From positions 1 to 50,472 of the IMG/VR virus record IMGVR_UViG_3300038406_000147: 50,472 nt of DNA; one strand, given 5' to 3'. Below the pieces are notes generated by a model. It saw only the letters and a list, made by a program, of their open reading frames with translations, was not told the origin of the DNA and ran no database searches. Positions 9,274-17,630 of the stretch are shown here, piece by piece (positions within the stretch are counted from its first letter, which is position 1; every line of letters begins with the position of its first letter). Both the position numbers and the translations under genes were made by a program. This DNA comes from a virus (Duplodnaviria; Caudoviricetes).

Positions 9274-9435
9274 ATGACCCAGACCACAGCCCAGAAGCTC
9301 CACCGGGAAGCCGCTCAGCAGATCGCCGACCGCTACCAGGCAGCGCGCGCCACCCAGGACACGGACCGTACGGCCCGAGAGCTCGCAGCCTACGAGCGCT
9401 TCACCGCTCGCCTGGGTTACGACCCGCTGATCTGA
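9274..9435 (+). CDS. cassette gene 1, hypothetical (53 aa, not in track)
   Basis: MTQTTAQKLHREAAQQIADRY...GYDPLI. Confidence 0.65.
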   Translation: MTQTTAQKLHREAAQQIADRYQAARATQDTDRTARELAAYERFTARLGYDPLI

Positions 9436-9850
9436 CCGGCTGGGTGGAGGCCTCTCGAGGCCTTTGCCCAGTCAGCCAGAACGGCAGACTTGATCTTGAA
9501 GGGAAGTGGATCTTGATGCAAAGCCACATGCACACCTTCGAGGAAGTGAGGCTCTCCGATTGCCCCGCTGGCTGCAAGGTGGGTCGCTGCGACTGCGGAG
9601 CCGAGGCAGTAGAGCACCGTGCCATCTACGGCTGTTCCGACGGGGATTCCCTGGCCATTGAGTGGGAGCCCATGCAGGGTCCGTCGATCGCCGCCCTGCA
9701 CCGCAGGTGGCTAGACCAGGGCATGCCCTCCCACACGTGGGGAACCCTGCTGAAGTCCCTGGTTACGACCCGCTGATCTGACCGGCTGGGTGGAGGCCTC
9801 TCGAGGCCTTTGCCCAGTCAGCCAGAACGGCAGACTTGATCTTGAAGGGA
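9415..9850 (+). repeat. Repeat family A: 90-bp exact direct repeat (9415-9504, 9761-9850); RBS part GATCTTGAAGGGA recurs near 10042 and 10216
   Basis: direct comparison; contains hairpin TGGG..AGGCCT-CTCG-AGGCCT..CCCA. Confidence 0.95.
9516..9776 (+). CDS. cassette gene, hypothetical Cys-rich
   Basis: ATG after repeat-borne RBS. Confidence 0.6.
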   Translation: MQSHMHTFEEVRLSDCPAGCKVGRCDCGAEAVEHRAIYGCSDGDSLAIEWEPMQGPSIAALHRRWLDQGMPSHTWGTLLKSLVTTR

Positions 9851-9856
9851 GGAACC

Positions 9857-10039
9857 GTGAAACGACACCCGTACCTCGCGGACCAGTTTGCGGAGGAAGT
9901 GTGCGAGCACTGCGGGGTGGCGCTCTGGCCCGACCCGGAAGAAGAGTGCTACGTAGATGCTGATCATGGTATCCAGTGTCCGGCCGCCCCCATGAGCACG
10001 CTCTACGGCTCGCTGATCCCTGGTGTCCACCAAGTCTAG
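9857..10039 (+). CDS. cassette gene, hypothetical (CxxC)
   Basis: GGAGG RBS then GTG. Confidence 0.65.
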   Translation: MKRHPYLADQFAEEVCEHCGVALWPDPEEECYVDADHGIQCPAAPMSTLYGSLIPGVHQV

Positions 10040-10062
10040 TTGATCTTGAAGGGAAGTGGATC

Positions 10063-10182
10063 GTGACCACACTCCGGAACCTGCGTGTCTGGTGCACCGC
10101 CCCGGTGACCGGGTGGGCCATCCATGTCCCTGCACACGTCATGCCGGTAACGCTGTTGCTGGCAATGTTGATCTACGGATGA
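10063..10182 (+). CDS. cassette gene, small hydrophobic peptide
   Basis: GTG after repeat-type RBS. Confidence 0.5.
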   Translation: MTTLRNLRVWCTAPVTGWAIHVPAHVMPVTLLLAMLIYG

Positions 10183-10231
10183 CCCCGGGTCACCCACGCA
10201 GCACCCACACTAGTCGATCTTGAAGGGAACG

Positions 10232-10429
10232 ATGATCATGGGACGCACCATCACCGTTGTTGCTCTAGCCCTCGCTACCGGCCTAGCCGGATACGGCCTT
10301 GGACTGGCAGCCGCGCACGACCCCTACGATCAGGCCAGCTTCCCGTGCCAAGAGGATGAGGTACTCGGGTACGCCCCGACGTTCGGCCCGGACCACGTTG
10401 GCTGCATCCACCTTGACCAACTCCCCTAA
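10232..10429 (+). CDS. cassette gene, secreted/membrane peptide
   Basis: N-terminal hydrophobic segment ending AAA; two Cys. Confidence 0.6.
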   Translation: MIMGRTITVVALALATGLAGYGLGLAAAHDPYDQASFPCQEDEVLGYAPTFGPDHVGCIHLDQLP

Positions 10430-10510
10430 CCCCCACGGGTGACCTCCGGACTGCCGGACAGGGGCTCGCGACCCCAGTCACCCACTCAGCACCAACGGAA
10501 GGAATGGATC

Positions 10511-10861
10511 ATGGAGACCAGACAGCACACGTTCAGCGACAGGTCAACCCTTACCCTCATGGGTCCCGACGCGCTCCGCCCCGAGGGCAGAATCCGGTTC
10601 GCCTACGAGGTCCGGCTGGCCGACGGTCGGGTCATCGACACCGACTACATCAGCGGGGGGGTAGGCATGGACTTCCCCATCGACGAGGCTTTCGCGTCCT
10701 GGCTGTCGTTCGGCCAGGCGTACGCGGAGCGCTACCGCTACACCATGGCTCACGGTGGCACCCACCCCGACGGTGACCCGACCACGGAGCTCCATGAGTG
10801 GGCATACCAGGTTGAGGATGAGCTCCAAACCCTGGCCCTTGACCTCGAGCAGACTAACTGA
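10511..10861 (+). CDS. cassette gene, hypothetical
   Basis: RBS then ATG, bounded by B repeats. Confidence 0.75.
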   Translation: METRQHTFSDRSTLTLMGPDALRPEGRIRFAYEVRLADGRVIDTDYISGGVGMDFPIDEAFASWLSFGQAYAERYRYTMAHGGTHPDGDPTTELHEWAYQVEDELQTLALDLEQTN

Positions 10862-10945
10862 CCCCCAACGGGTGACCTCCGGACTGCCGGACAGGGACTC
10901 ACGCTCCCGTCACCCCCGAACCACCCGCCTACGGAAGGAACGATC

Positions 10946-11203
10946 ATGGTAGAACACCCCGAAGGACAGTGCCCCGGACTTAGTCAGTGCCAGGACGCCT
11001 GGCACGAAGGCGGGTGCGAGCCCTACTGGCAGTACGTTGGCGAGGGCAACGTTGACATCAGCGGTAGCCCTACAGGCGAACTAGACGCGGTAGAGCGTCT
11101 ACTCTGGCGCGGGCCGGATGGTCCTGATGACCTGTACGTCCGCCCCACCCCCCTGGACCCGTGGGTAAAGACCGTCGAGGACGGCTACCCGGTAGATCAC
11201 TGA
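10946..11203 (+). CDS. cassette gene, acidic hypothetical
   Basis: bounded by B repeats. Confidence 0.7.
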   Translation: MVEHPEGQCPGLSQCQDAWHEGGCEPYWQYVGEGNVDISGSPTGELDAVERLLWRGPDGPDDLYVRPTPLDPWVKTVEDGYPVDH

Positions 11204-11296
11204 CCCCACCCACCCCCACGGGTGACCTCCGGACTGCCGGACAGGGACTCGCGCTCCCGTCACCCCCGAACCACCGACCACGATGGAAGGATGATC

Positions 11297-11689
11297 ATGC
11301 CACTCGAGTTCAAACCCCAGACCCTGGAGGAGCGCAGGTTGGAGCGTGCCTACTTCCCGGGAGGAAAGCCGCGCCCAGCTGGCCTGGTCCGGACCCCTGA
11401 CGGGCAACTCACTGTGCTGGCCGCGGGTTGGGGTCAGTCCAGGCGAGTACGCGAGCTACACACCGACCCGTGGCGCCTACGTCCGGGTGACGTAGTGGCG
11501 GACTGGGACCTTAACAGTCTCTGCGCCTACGAGGTAGCCAACGTGGAGAAAGTCACCCGCCCTATAGCCGGCCGCGCGTGGATCGTGTGGTATGTGCAGA
11601 GCTACGCCAGCAACGGCCAGCGGCCTGTACCTGAGTCCCTGATGATCTTCCGAGGTGAGAAGGTGTACGCCTGGCGCACCATCGGCTGA
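11297..11689 (+). CDS. cassette gene, hypothetical
   Basis: bounded by B and C repeats; start could be 11291. Confidence 0.7.
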   Translation: MPLEFKPQTLEERRLERAYFPGGKPRPAGLVRTPDGQLTVLAAGWGQSRRVRELHTDPWRLRPGDVVADWDLNSLCAYEVANVEKVTRPIAGRAWIVWYVQSYASNGQRPVPESLMIFRGEKVYAWRTIG

Positions 11690-11772
11690 TCCCCTCCCCA
11701 CCCCCGCCCCGGGGGTAAGCATCAAGGCAGCTCCCCCGGGGTACGCAAGCAACCGACCATGATGGAGGAACC

Positions 11773-12114
11773 ATGGAACACAGGACGGAAACGGTCCCCC
11801 TGCCCGGGGGCGGTACCGCAGAGATCGCCACCGTGAGGATCACCGGGCGCGACTTCGCCGCCGGCGGGGCGAGTATCACCGATGACCACGCCGTTGTCTA
11901 CATCACGTCAGACGCCCCCAGGGGTCCCGTGACTACCTGGTCCGGAGACAAGCTGGGGACCTACGTGGAGACCGGTTCGTGGCGCCAGGCGGCCCGTGGA
12001 CGGCCGTACCGTATGCGCGCGGTCCGGGTGACCCTCAATGACGGTCGCGTTTACCACGGCCGGTACAACGCTGATGACACGCAGGCCGTGAAACTGCGGC
12101 GCTCCCACCCCTAG
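11773..12114 (+). CDS. cassette gene, hypothetical
   Basis: ATG at the end of a C repeat. Confidence 0.75.
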   Translation: MEHRTETVPLPGGGTAEIATVRITGRDFAAGGASITDDHAVVYITSDAPRGPVTTWSGDKLGTYVETGSWRQAARGRPYRMRAVRVTLNDGRVYHGRYNADDTQAVKLRRSHP

Positions 12115-12121
12115 CCCACCC

Positions 12122-12151
12122 TTGACAACCGACCCTAACCCATGCTAGGCT
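12122..12151 (+). promoter_or_regulatory. Housekeeping-sigma-type promoter
   Basis: TTGACA-N18-TAGGCT; shares CTAGGCTTA with the 9262 promoter. Confidence 0.8.
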
Positions 12152-12177
12152 TACCGCACACCAGGGAGGAATTGATC

Positions 12178-12498
12178 ATGAGCAAGGGTACCCTAACCTA
12201 CCGCTCGATGGACGAGGTAAGAGCTGCGCACCACGGGCACTGGTTCGACGCCAGCACGCTCCGGTTCTTCCGCTCCAGGGTCAGCGACACGATCTACGGC
12301 GGGCGGTTCTTCGTGACCAGTGAGCAGGATGGCGACCACCCCCGCCGCTACACCATCCGCGTGGCGCACCCCGAAGGTGCGATCGACACGGTTGGCGCGT
12401 TTCAGCAGTACGCCACCGGGAGCGGCGCCCACAAGGCTGCTCAGCGACTCGGGGCGGAGTGGCTGTCAACGGGCGTGTGCCCGTGCGGGAATCACTGA
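12178..12498 (+). CDS. cassette gene, conserved phage/MGE protein
   Basis: HWFDxxTLRFFxSRV...FFVTSE..RRYTIR motif; GGAGG RBS. Confidence 0.75.
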   Translation: MSKGTLTYRSMDEVRAAHHGHWFDASTLRFFRSRVSDTIYGGRFFVTSEQDGDHPRRYTIRVAHPEGAIDTVGAFQQYATGSGAHKAAQRLGAEWLSTGVCPCGNH

Positions 12499-12579
12499 TC
12501 CCCTCCCCACCCCCGCCCCGGGGGTAAGCATCAAAGTCGCTCCCCGGGGTACGCAGACACCGACCACAATGGAGGAACC

Positions 12580-13197
12580 ATGTACGTGGCCACGATCAAC
12601 ATTCCGGGGTACCTGCCCCAGGATGACGACCCCCCGACTTTCGAGGACGCCAGGTCAGCGTGGGAGTACCTCGCCAATGAGAGGGAGCGCGACGAGGATA
12701 ACTACGAGGAATGGCCGCTGATCGACCCGAGCGACCCCGAGAGCAGCGGGACCACCGAGTACACCGAAACGGTCGCCACGCTGCGCGACCTGGCTGACGA
12801 GAGCACCGACTACGCCACGGCTGAAGTGCAGAAGGACTACGGAGTGGACAGCGACGGAACCGGTTCGGTCAACGGTCCCACCCCCGGCTACGACGGCGAT
12901 CATGACCTGGGGCTGGATTACACGGTGAGCCTGGTCGAGGTCACCGACGAGATGTTTGACGCCAAGCTGATGGAGATCCTCCGTCGGTTGAACGTAGAAG
13001 ACATCCTGGCAGTGCCGTGGGTCTACGAGTTGCTGTCCGAGGAATACAACAACGCGGTGCTCTCCGAGATCGCAACGGACGGCGCAGCCTGCCCGGAGCA
13101 CACCGACCCAACTGGAGACCCGATTCACGCACAGCATCACAGTGCCGAAGACCATGTTGGCCCGAAGCCGTGTCGATGCACCGAGCGTGACGACTGA
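12580..13197 (+). CDS. cassette gene, very acidic protein
   Basis: Asp/Glu-rich, 205 aa. Confidence 0.8.
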   Translation: MYVATINIPGYLPQDDDPPTFEDARSAWEYLANERERDEDNYEEWPLIDPSDPESSGTTEYTETVATLRDLADESTDYATAEVQKDYGVDSDGTGSVNGPTPGYDGDHDLGLDYTVSLVEVTDEMFDAKLMEILRRLNVEDILAVPWVYELLSEEYNNAVLSEIATDGAACPEHTDPTGDPIHAQHHSAEDHVGPKPCRCTERDD

Positions 13198-13269
13198 TCC
13201 CCGCCCCATCCCGGGGGTAAGCATCAAAGTCGCTCCCCGGGGTACGCAGACACCGACCACGATGGAGGA

Positions 13270-13713
13270 ATGATGAACCACCGCAACCCTGAAAGCGCCA
13301 GTACCCCTATCAGTAAGGGCGGCTGGTGCTACAACCCGGACGACCCACAGGATCAGGCAGACTTCAGGCGGTACACAACCACAGACCTGGCTGCCTTGGC
13401 CCGCCTACGGCCAGATTTCGACATGACTAGGCATCCGGCCTACGTCAAACCACCCACCCCGATACGCACCCGCCGGCAGCTGACCGAGCTAGCACGTGGA
13501 CTCAAGGTCCGGCTGGACTGGCACGAACCCGATGAGCAGGATGTCACCGCGACCGTAGGGGGCAACAGCTTTGACAACGCGATGTCCCCAGGGCAGGAGT
13601 ACGCCCCGGGTCACGCAGAGATGTTCGTGACGCTACACCAGCGCGGCCAGTCCGTCGCCGTGATCAACCTCGCAATGCTGTTCGCCTGGGCGACCGGGTA
13701 CGGCGACGATTGA
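13270..13713 (+). CDS. cassette gene, hypothetical
   Basis: between C repeats. Confidence 0.75.
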   Translation: MMNHRNPESASTPISKGGWCYNPDDPQDQADFRRYTTTDLAALARLRPDFDMTRHPAYVKPPTPIRTRRQLTELARGLKVRLDWHEPDEQDVTATVGGNSFDNAMSPGQEYAPGHAEMFVTLHQRGQSVAVINLAMLFAWATGYGDD

Positions 13714-13789
13714 TCTCCCCACCCCCGCCCCGGGGGTAAGCATCGAGGCAGCTCCCCGGGGTACGTAGACCACACACCACGATGGAGGA

Positions 13790-14083
13790 ATGATGAACAG
13801 CTGGACACTCATTACGCATGGGGGACAGGCAAACCTCGCCCTGGAAGGTGAGACCCTGGGCGACGCTGTTGGAAGCGCGCTAAGCCAGGTCATGAAGGCA
13901 ATCGGCATGGAAGCCGCAGCGGGCTACCGACTGGAGACGGTCAAGCTGATCCCGCTCCCGAGTGATTCGCGTACGCGCGTAGAGATCACCGCGCGGTCGT
14001 ACCATCTCGACACGCTACAGGAGGTACGTACGTACACGGGGATCATCACGGGTCCTGGACTGGACGCACCGATTGATGTGTAG
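13790..14083 (+). CDS. cassette gene, hypothetical
   Basis: between C repeats. Confidence 0.75.
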   Translation: MMNSWTLITHGGQANLALEGETLGDAVGSALSQVMKAIGMEAAAGYRLETVKLIPLPSDSRTRVEITARSYHLDTLQEVRTYTGIITGPGLDAPIDV

Positions 14084-14162
14084 CTCCCCACCCCCGCCCC
14101 GGGGGTAAGCATCGAGGCAGCTCCCCGGGGTACGTAGACCACACACCACGATGGAGGTACCG

Positions 14163-14558
14163 ATGAACCACGATACGTACGTCTGGTACAGGCGGGACCC
14201 CTTCCTGAGCCACGACATCGATGAAGTTGGCGGGGACCACCAGGTCGGCCCGGCGCACTCGGTGAGCTGGCAGCGGATCACAGACAAGGTGCTCTCCACC
14301 TACGAGACCGTGACCGTCTACTGGATGGCGGCAGCGGACAACGACGGGCGCCCCTACCTCCTGCGGGTCATTGAGTTGATCGTGCACAGTGACCCCGACG
14401 ACCCGGGCGGTTCGGAGATCGACAGTGGATACAAGTACCAGGATGACTACGACGCGGCCCACGACAAGCTGGACGATATCGCGAGACAGCGCGCAGAGAC
14501 GGCGCAGGCACATGATCCGGCCGACTATCGCAGGCAGCTACGTCTCCCCACCCCCTGA
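14163..14558 (+). CDS. cassette gene, acidic hypothetical
   Basis: after a C repeat. Confidence 0.75.
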   Translation: MNHDTYVWYRRDPFLSHDIDEVGGDHQVGPAHSVSWQRITDKVLSTYETVTVYWMAAADNDGRPYLLRVIELIVHSDPDDPGGSEIDSGYKYQDDYDAAHDKLDDIARQRAETAQAHDPADYRRQLRLPTP

Positions 14559-14588
14559 CCCTACCGATTGACCACGATGGAGGAACCG

Positions 14589-14879
14589 ATGTTCATGACT
14601 CACCCCACCCGTAGCCGGCTCAGCTTGACCATGGCCGAGCTCGCCAGCGACACCCAGCAGATCACCCTGAGCAAGGGCGACGAGGTTCGCACGGTCGCCG
14701 GGCGCGGCCAGGAGGGCGCCTGGTACGTCGAGTCCCGCAAGGCCGGTCAGCTGGTCTGGCAGGACCTGCGTTACGACGGTAACGCCGTGGCCGCCGAGCT
14801 TATCGAGCTGGCCCGGGAAGGCTGGACGTGCCGGGACCCCGCCGGCGTGGTGTTCGAGGCCGAATGGAGCAACCGATGA
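14589..14879 (+). CDS. cassette gene, hypothetical
   Basis: GGAGG RBS. Confidence 0.7.
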   Translation: MFMTHPTRSRLSLTMAELASDTQQITLSKGDEVRTVAGRGQEGAWYVESRKAGQLVWQDLRYDGNAVAAELIELAREGWTCRDPAGVVFEAEWSNR

Positions 14880-15052
14880 CCACGAAAATGATCAAGGTGT
14901 GGGACGTAGGCACCGATCAGGTCAAAGAGGTACCCGTCAGTGAGGCTGCCGCCGGACTGGTGCGTTACGCACGGAGTCTCGGTCCCGGCACCCCGGCCGC
15001 CGGCGCATGGGAGCGGCGCGCGATCGCTCTGCTGAAGGGGGAGCCGGAGTGA
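14876..15052 (+). CDS. hypothetical protein
   Basis: ATGA overlap. Confidence 0.6.
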   Translation: MTTKMIKVWDVGTDQVKEVPVSEAAAGLVRYARSLGPGTPAAGAWERRAIALLKGEPE

Positions 15053-15387
15053 GCGCCCCACCCCCACCGGTCGACCGCCCCGGGTGGAGATCCCTGACTG
15101 ACACCGAGCTGTACGAGCACATTTTCGGCGTGATCACTATCAGACAACGGGAGACGGAATCCCTGGCCCGATCGCCAGCCCAGGTGATTGAGCGTATCGA
15201 CGCGGTGGTCGAGGGGATGTGTACCGGGCCTAACTGTGAGGCGCGCATCACTTCGACCAGCCGATCGGCCTGGTGGTGCAGTGAGGATTGCCAGGGGCGT
15301 TATCAGGCGGCATACACCGTCCCACCCCGGCGCAAGCGGATGACCAGAGAGGGAGGGAGACGAACGGGCTCAAGGTGGCACCCCTAG
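15049..15387 (+). CDS. hypothetical protein (C..C / CSxxC)
   Basis: GTGA overlap. Confidence 0.55.
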   Translation: MSAPPPPVDRPGWRSLTDTELYEHIFGVITIRQRETESLARSPAQVIERIDAVVEGMCTGPNCEARITSTSRSAWWCSEDCQGRYQAAYTVPPRRKRMTREGGRRTGSRWHP

Positions 15388-15476
15388 ACCCCGGGTGCGC
15401 CCGTGCTTTGCGCGTCACAGTGGCCGCGGGCGCACTCGGCTAACATAGCCACACCAACTAGAAAGGAAGAACAGCA

Positions 15477-15845
15477 ATGCAGAAGACCATGTGGATCGAT
15501 GACCTTGACAACGATGAGGAGGCCGTCGAGACCGTGACGTTCGCCCTGGACGGGCAGAAGTACGAGATCGACCTGGGCAAGAAGAACGTCGACCAGCTCA
15601 GGTCGTTCCTGGGCACGTTCATGGCGGGCGCACGTCGGATCGACTCGCCCGAAGCAAAATCCCCCACCCCCGCCCCGGCGGTCAAGCGCAAGGCGCGTAC
15701 CCGAAAGACCCCCACCCCTGCCATCCCTGTCGCCAACAACGACGAGATGCGGGCCTGGGCGCAGGCGAACGGGGTCAAGGTGGCCGCCCGCGGGCGCATC
15801 AGCAAGGAGGTCCAGGCGGCGTACCGCACGGCGCAGGGCACCTGA
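15477..15845 (+). CDS. lsr2: Lsr2-like nucleoid-associated protein
   Basis: DDLD..A.ETVTFALDGQKYEIDL oligomerisation domain and RAWAQANGVKVAARGRI DNA-binding domain. Confidence 0.92.
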   Translation: MQKTMWIDDLDNDEEAVETVTFALDGQKYEIDLGKKNVDQLRSFLGTFMAGARRIDSPEAKSPTPAPAVKRKARTRKTPTPAIPVANNDEMRAWAQANGVKVAARGRISKEVQAAYRTAQGT

Positions 15846-16351
15846 CACTGCCCGGTCATCACCGGTTCCGGCCGGGGGTGGCCGAGTGGCGGGACAGACC
15901 CCCACTACCCGAGAGGAAGAAGTAGATCATGAATGCGTTACCGCTGGCTGTCCTGAACACCAGCATCGTCACCGAGGACGGCACCTACCGTCTGCACACC
16001 ATCGATCTCCCCAGTGCCCGCCACCTGGTCGCCAACGCCTCCGGCGGCATCGATTCGGCGGTAGGTCACGAAGCAACCGCCGCAGTGCTGAGCGAGATGC
16101 TCGGCGTCGAGGTACCGGTCAACCGGCAGCAGTTCGCCCAGCAGCCGGGCCAGCAGGCCTTGGTATTGAAGATGGACGGCCGCCCACCGGAGGGCGTCGT
16201 CCTGGACAGGGCCGGCATGGAGCAGATCGGTTACACGCTACGGGTACTCACCCGGATGGCCTGACACTGCCCGGTCATCACCGGCCCCGGCCGGGGATGG
16301 CCGAGTGGCGGAACAGACCCCCCACCACCCAAGAGGAAGAAGTAGATCATG
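15841..16351 (+). repeat. Repeat family D: two ~90-bp elements (15841-15931, 16261-16351)
   Basis: CTGACACTGCCCGGTCATCACCGG..CGGCC..GGCCGAGTGGCG..GAGGAAGAAGTAGATCATG; two hairpins closed by CACT/AGTG. Confidence 0.9.
15929..16264 (+). CDS. acrIII-1: DUF1874 / AcrIII-1 family ring nuclease (anti-type III CRISPR)
   Basis: LN..I, SAVGHEATA (catalytic GH), VNR and GRPPEG motifs, C-terminal LTR; matches the YddF/SIRV1 gp29 pattern. Confidence 0.85.
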   Translation: MNALPLAVLNTSIVTEDGTYRLHTIDLPSARHLVANASGGIDSAVGHEATAAVLSEMLGVEVPVNRQQFAQQPGQQALVLKMDGRPPEGVVLDRAGMEQIGYTLRVLTRMA

Positions 16352-16810
16352 AGTATCGACACAACCCCCGCCCCGCCCGTTGCTCTGCGGACTTGGCTCC
16401 GGCGCCGCTGGGGGGCGCTTATCGTCGCCGCGCTGATCACCGCTGGCACTGTCATCGGGATTGTCGCCGTGGCCAACGGCGGTACCGCTGTGAACGGCCC
16501 GAGCCTCACCCGGCTCGATGCGGCCAAGGATCTGTGCGCGTCGGTCAGCGCGCACGTCACCATCGGCGACAACGGGATGACCATGACTGTCGACCGAGTT
16601 GCCGCCGAGGACAACCCCGGCGCGCACGTCGAGCAGCTCGACTGCATCCTGGCCGCGCTCGACACCCCATACGCGGTGATCTCCCACATGGACTCCACCC
16701 GAGCGCTGGACGGGATGCAGGCTGACGAGTGGGGCGGCTTCCACGCCACCTGGACCTACCATCCTGACGACGGGATCAACCTGATCATCGAGGATGCTCT
16801 TACCAGGTAG
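16349..16810 (+). CDS. membrane-anchored exported protein
   Basis: N-terminal TM; STRALDGMQ..W...ATWTYHPDDG motif. Confidence 0.75.
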   Translation: MSIDTTPAPPVALRTWLRRRWGALIVAALITAGTVIGIVAVANGGTAVNGPSLTRLDAAKDLCASVSAHVTIGDNGMTMTVDRVAAEDNPGAHVEQLDCILAALDTPYAVISHMDSTRALDGMQADEWGGFHATWTYHPDDGINLIIEDALTR

Positions 16811-16868
16811 ATCCCCTCCCCACCCCCTCCCCACCCCCCAATCCCACTACCCAATAAGGAAGGTAGAC

Positions 16869-16964
16869 ATGATCGAGAACACCCGCGCCGTGCTGGTCGA
16901 GGTCGTGAACGCCTTCGCGCGCGGCCTGCCGGTGATGCTGCTGATAGCGCTGTTGTCGGTCTGA
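16869..16964 (+). CDS. small hydrophobic peptide (31 aa)
   Basis: RBS; MIENTRAVLVEVVNAFARGLPVMLLIALLSV. Confidence 0.5.
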   Translation: MIENTRAVLVEVVNAFARGLPVMLLIALLSV

Positions 16965-17014
16965 CCCCCTGGACGCTCAGGGCTGCCGTCAACAGCTAAC
17001 CGGAGCACAGCAAG

Positions 17015-17046
17015 AGGCCCGGCCGAGGGAAACCCCGGCCGGGCCT
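17015..17046. terminator. GC hairpin between convergent units
   Basis: AGGCCCGGCCG...CGGCCGGGCCT. Confidence 0.7.
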
Positions 17047-17078
17047 GTCCCGTGTGAACAGCAGGCTACGCCAGCGTA

Positions 17079-17246
17079 CTACGGGCGGTCGCACGCCGCC
17101 GGCTTGAACGCCGGCTCCGGGTTGCCCTGCTGACCCGGGGCGCAGGCGAACGATTCGCCGGGACCGGGGTTGGCTGCGGCCGGAGCCGCCAGGGCGCCCG
17201 CGGTGAACAGGCCGATGGCCAGGGCGGCCAGGATCTTGATCTTCAT
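17079..17246 (-). CDS. small secreted peptide (55 aa, not in track)
   Basis: AGGAGG RBS; MKIKILAALAIGLFTAGALAAPAAA|NPGPGESFACAPGQQGNPEPAFKPAACDRP. Confidence 0.7.
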   Translation of the reverse strand: MKIKILAALAIGLFTAGALAAPAAANPGPGESFACAPGQQGNPEPAFKPAACDRP

Positions 17247-17298
17247 AGAGCCTCCTATGCTCAGCTCTAATCATCCCCTGCCCACCCCCGGACAGCGA

Positions 17299-17330
17299 AG
17301 AAGGCCCCGATCCGAAGATCGGGGCCTTCT
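17299..17330 (-). terminator. Late-operon terminator
   Basis: perfect 14-bp stem AGAAGGCCCCGATC with UUCG loop on the minus strand. Confidence 0.8.
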
Positions 17331-17354
17331 CAACGAGGAACCGTGCCTAGGGTA

Positions 17355-17630
17355 TCACCTGCGTCGCTCCCAGGGCCACCAGCGCAGCAGGTGCAGCGGG
17401 AACCAGAGCGCCAGCGCGATCCAGCAGGTCAGGAACACCCAGAACCGTGCGCCCGGCGCTCCGCCGGCGACCCCGAGCACGTCCCGGGTCCACTCGCTGG
17501 CCGTACCCCCCGCCCCGGGGAACCACAGGGCGAGGCCCTGGGGCACGCCGAACAACGCCGGCACCCCCACGAGCAGCAGGAGCGGCCAGTACAGCCGGAA
17601 CCAGCCGGGATCTCGCCGGGACTCGGTCAC
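17355..17630 (-). CDS. membrane protein (lysis module)
   Basis: two hydrophobic segments. Confidence 0.7.
   Translation of the reverse strand: MTESRRDPGWFRLYWPLLLLVGVPALFGVPQGLALWFPGAGGTASEWTRDVLGVAGGAPGARFWVFLTCWIALALWFPLHLLRWWPWERRR

Larger units (their letters stand above)
10437..11265 (+). repeat. Repeat family B: three structured intergenic elements (10437-10483, 10870-10915, 11220-11265)
   Basis: GGGTGAC...GTCACCC outer stem enclosing the TCCGG-ACTG-CCGGA and GGGR-N7-YCCC hairpins. Confidence 0.9.
11687..14591 (+). repeat. Repeat family C: five ~80-bp intergenic elements (from 11687, 12496, 13195, 13711, 14081) plus a degenerate copy near 14544
   Basis: stop-CCCCACCCCCG-CCCCGGGGGTAAGCATC..GCTCCCCGGGGTACG..ACCACGATGGAGGAA-ATG. 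Confidence 0.95.

Noticed and set aside
10670-10678. Self-target of guide unit 1 (GACTTCCCC matches spacer B reverse complement)
   Set aside because: The flanks do not match spacer A, and isolated 9-mer hits can occur by chance. My by-eye target search was not exhaustive.
9415-16351. Integron attC sites or CRISPR repeats
   Set aside because: No GTTRRRY/RYYYAAC ends and no IntI-type integrase; the intervening sequences are whole genes.
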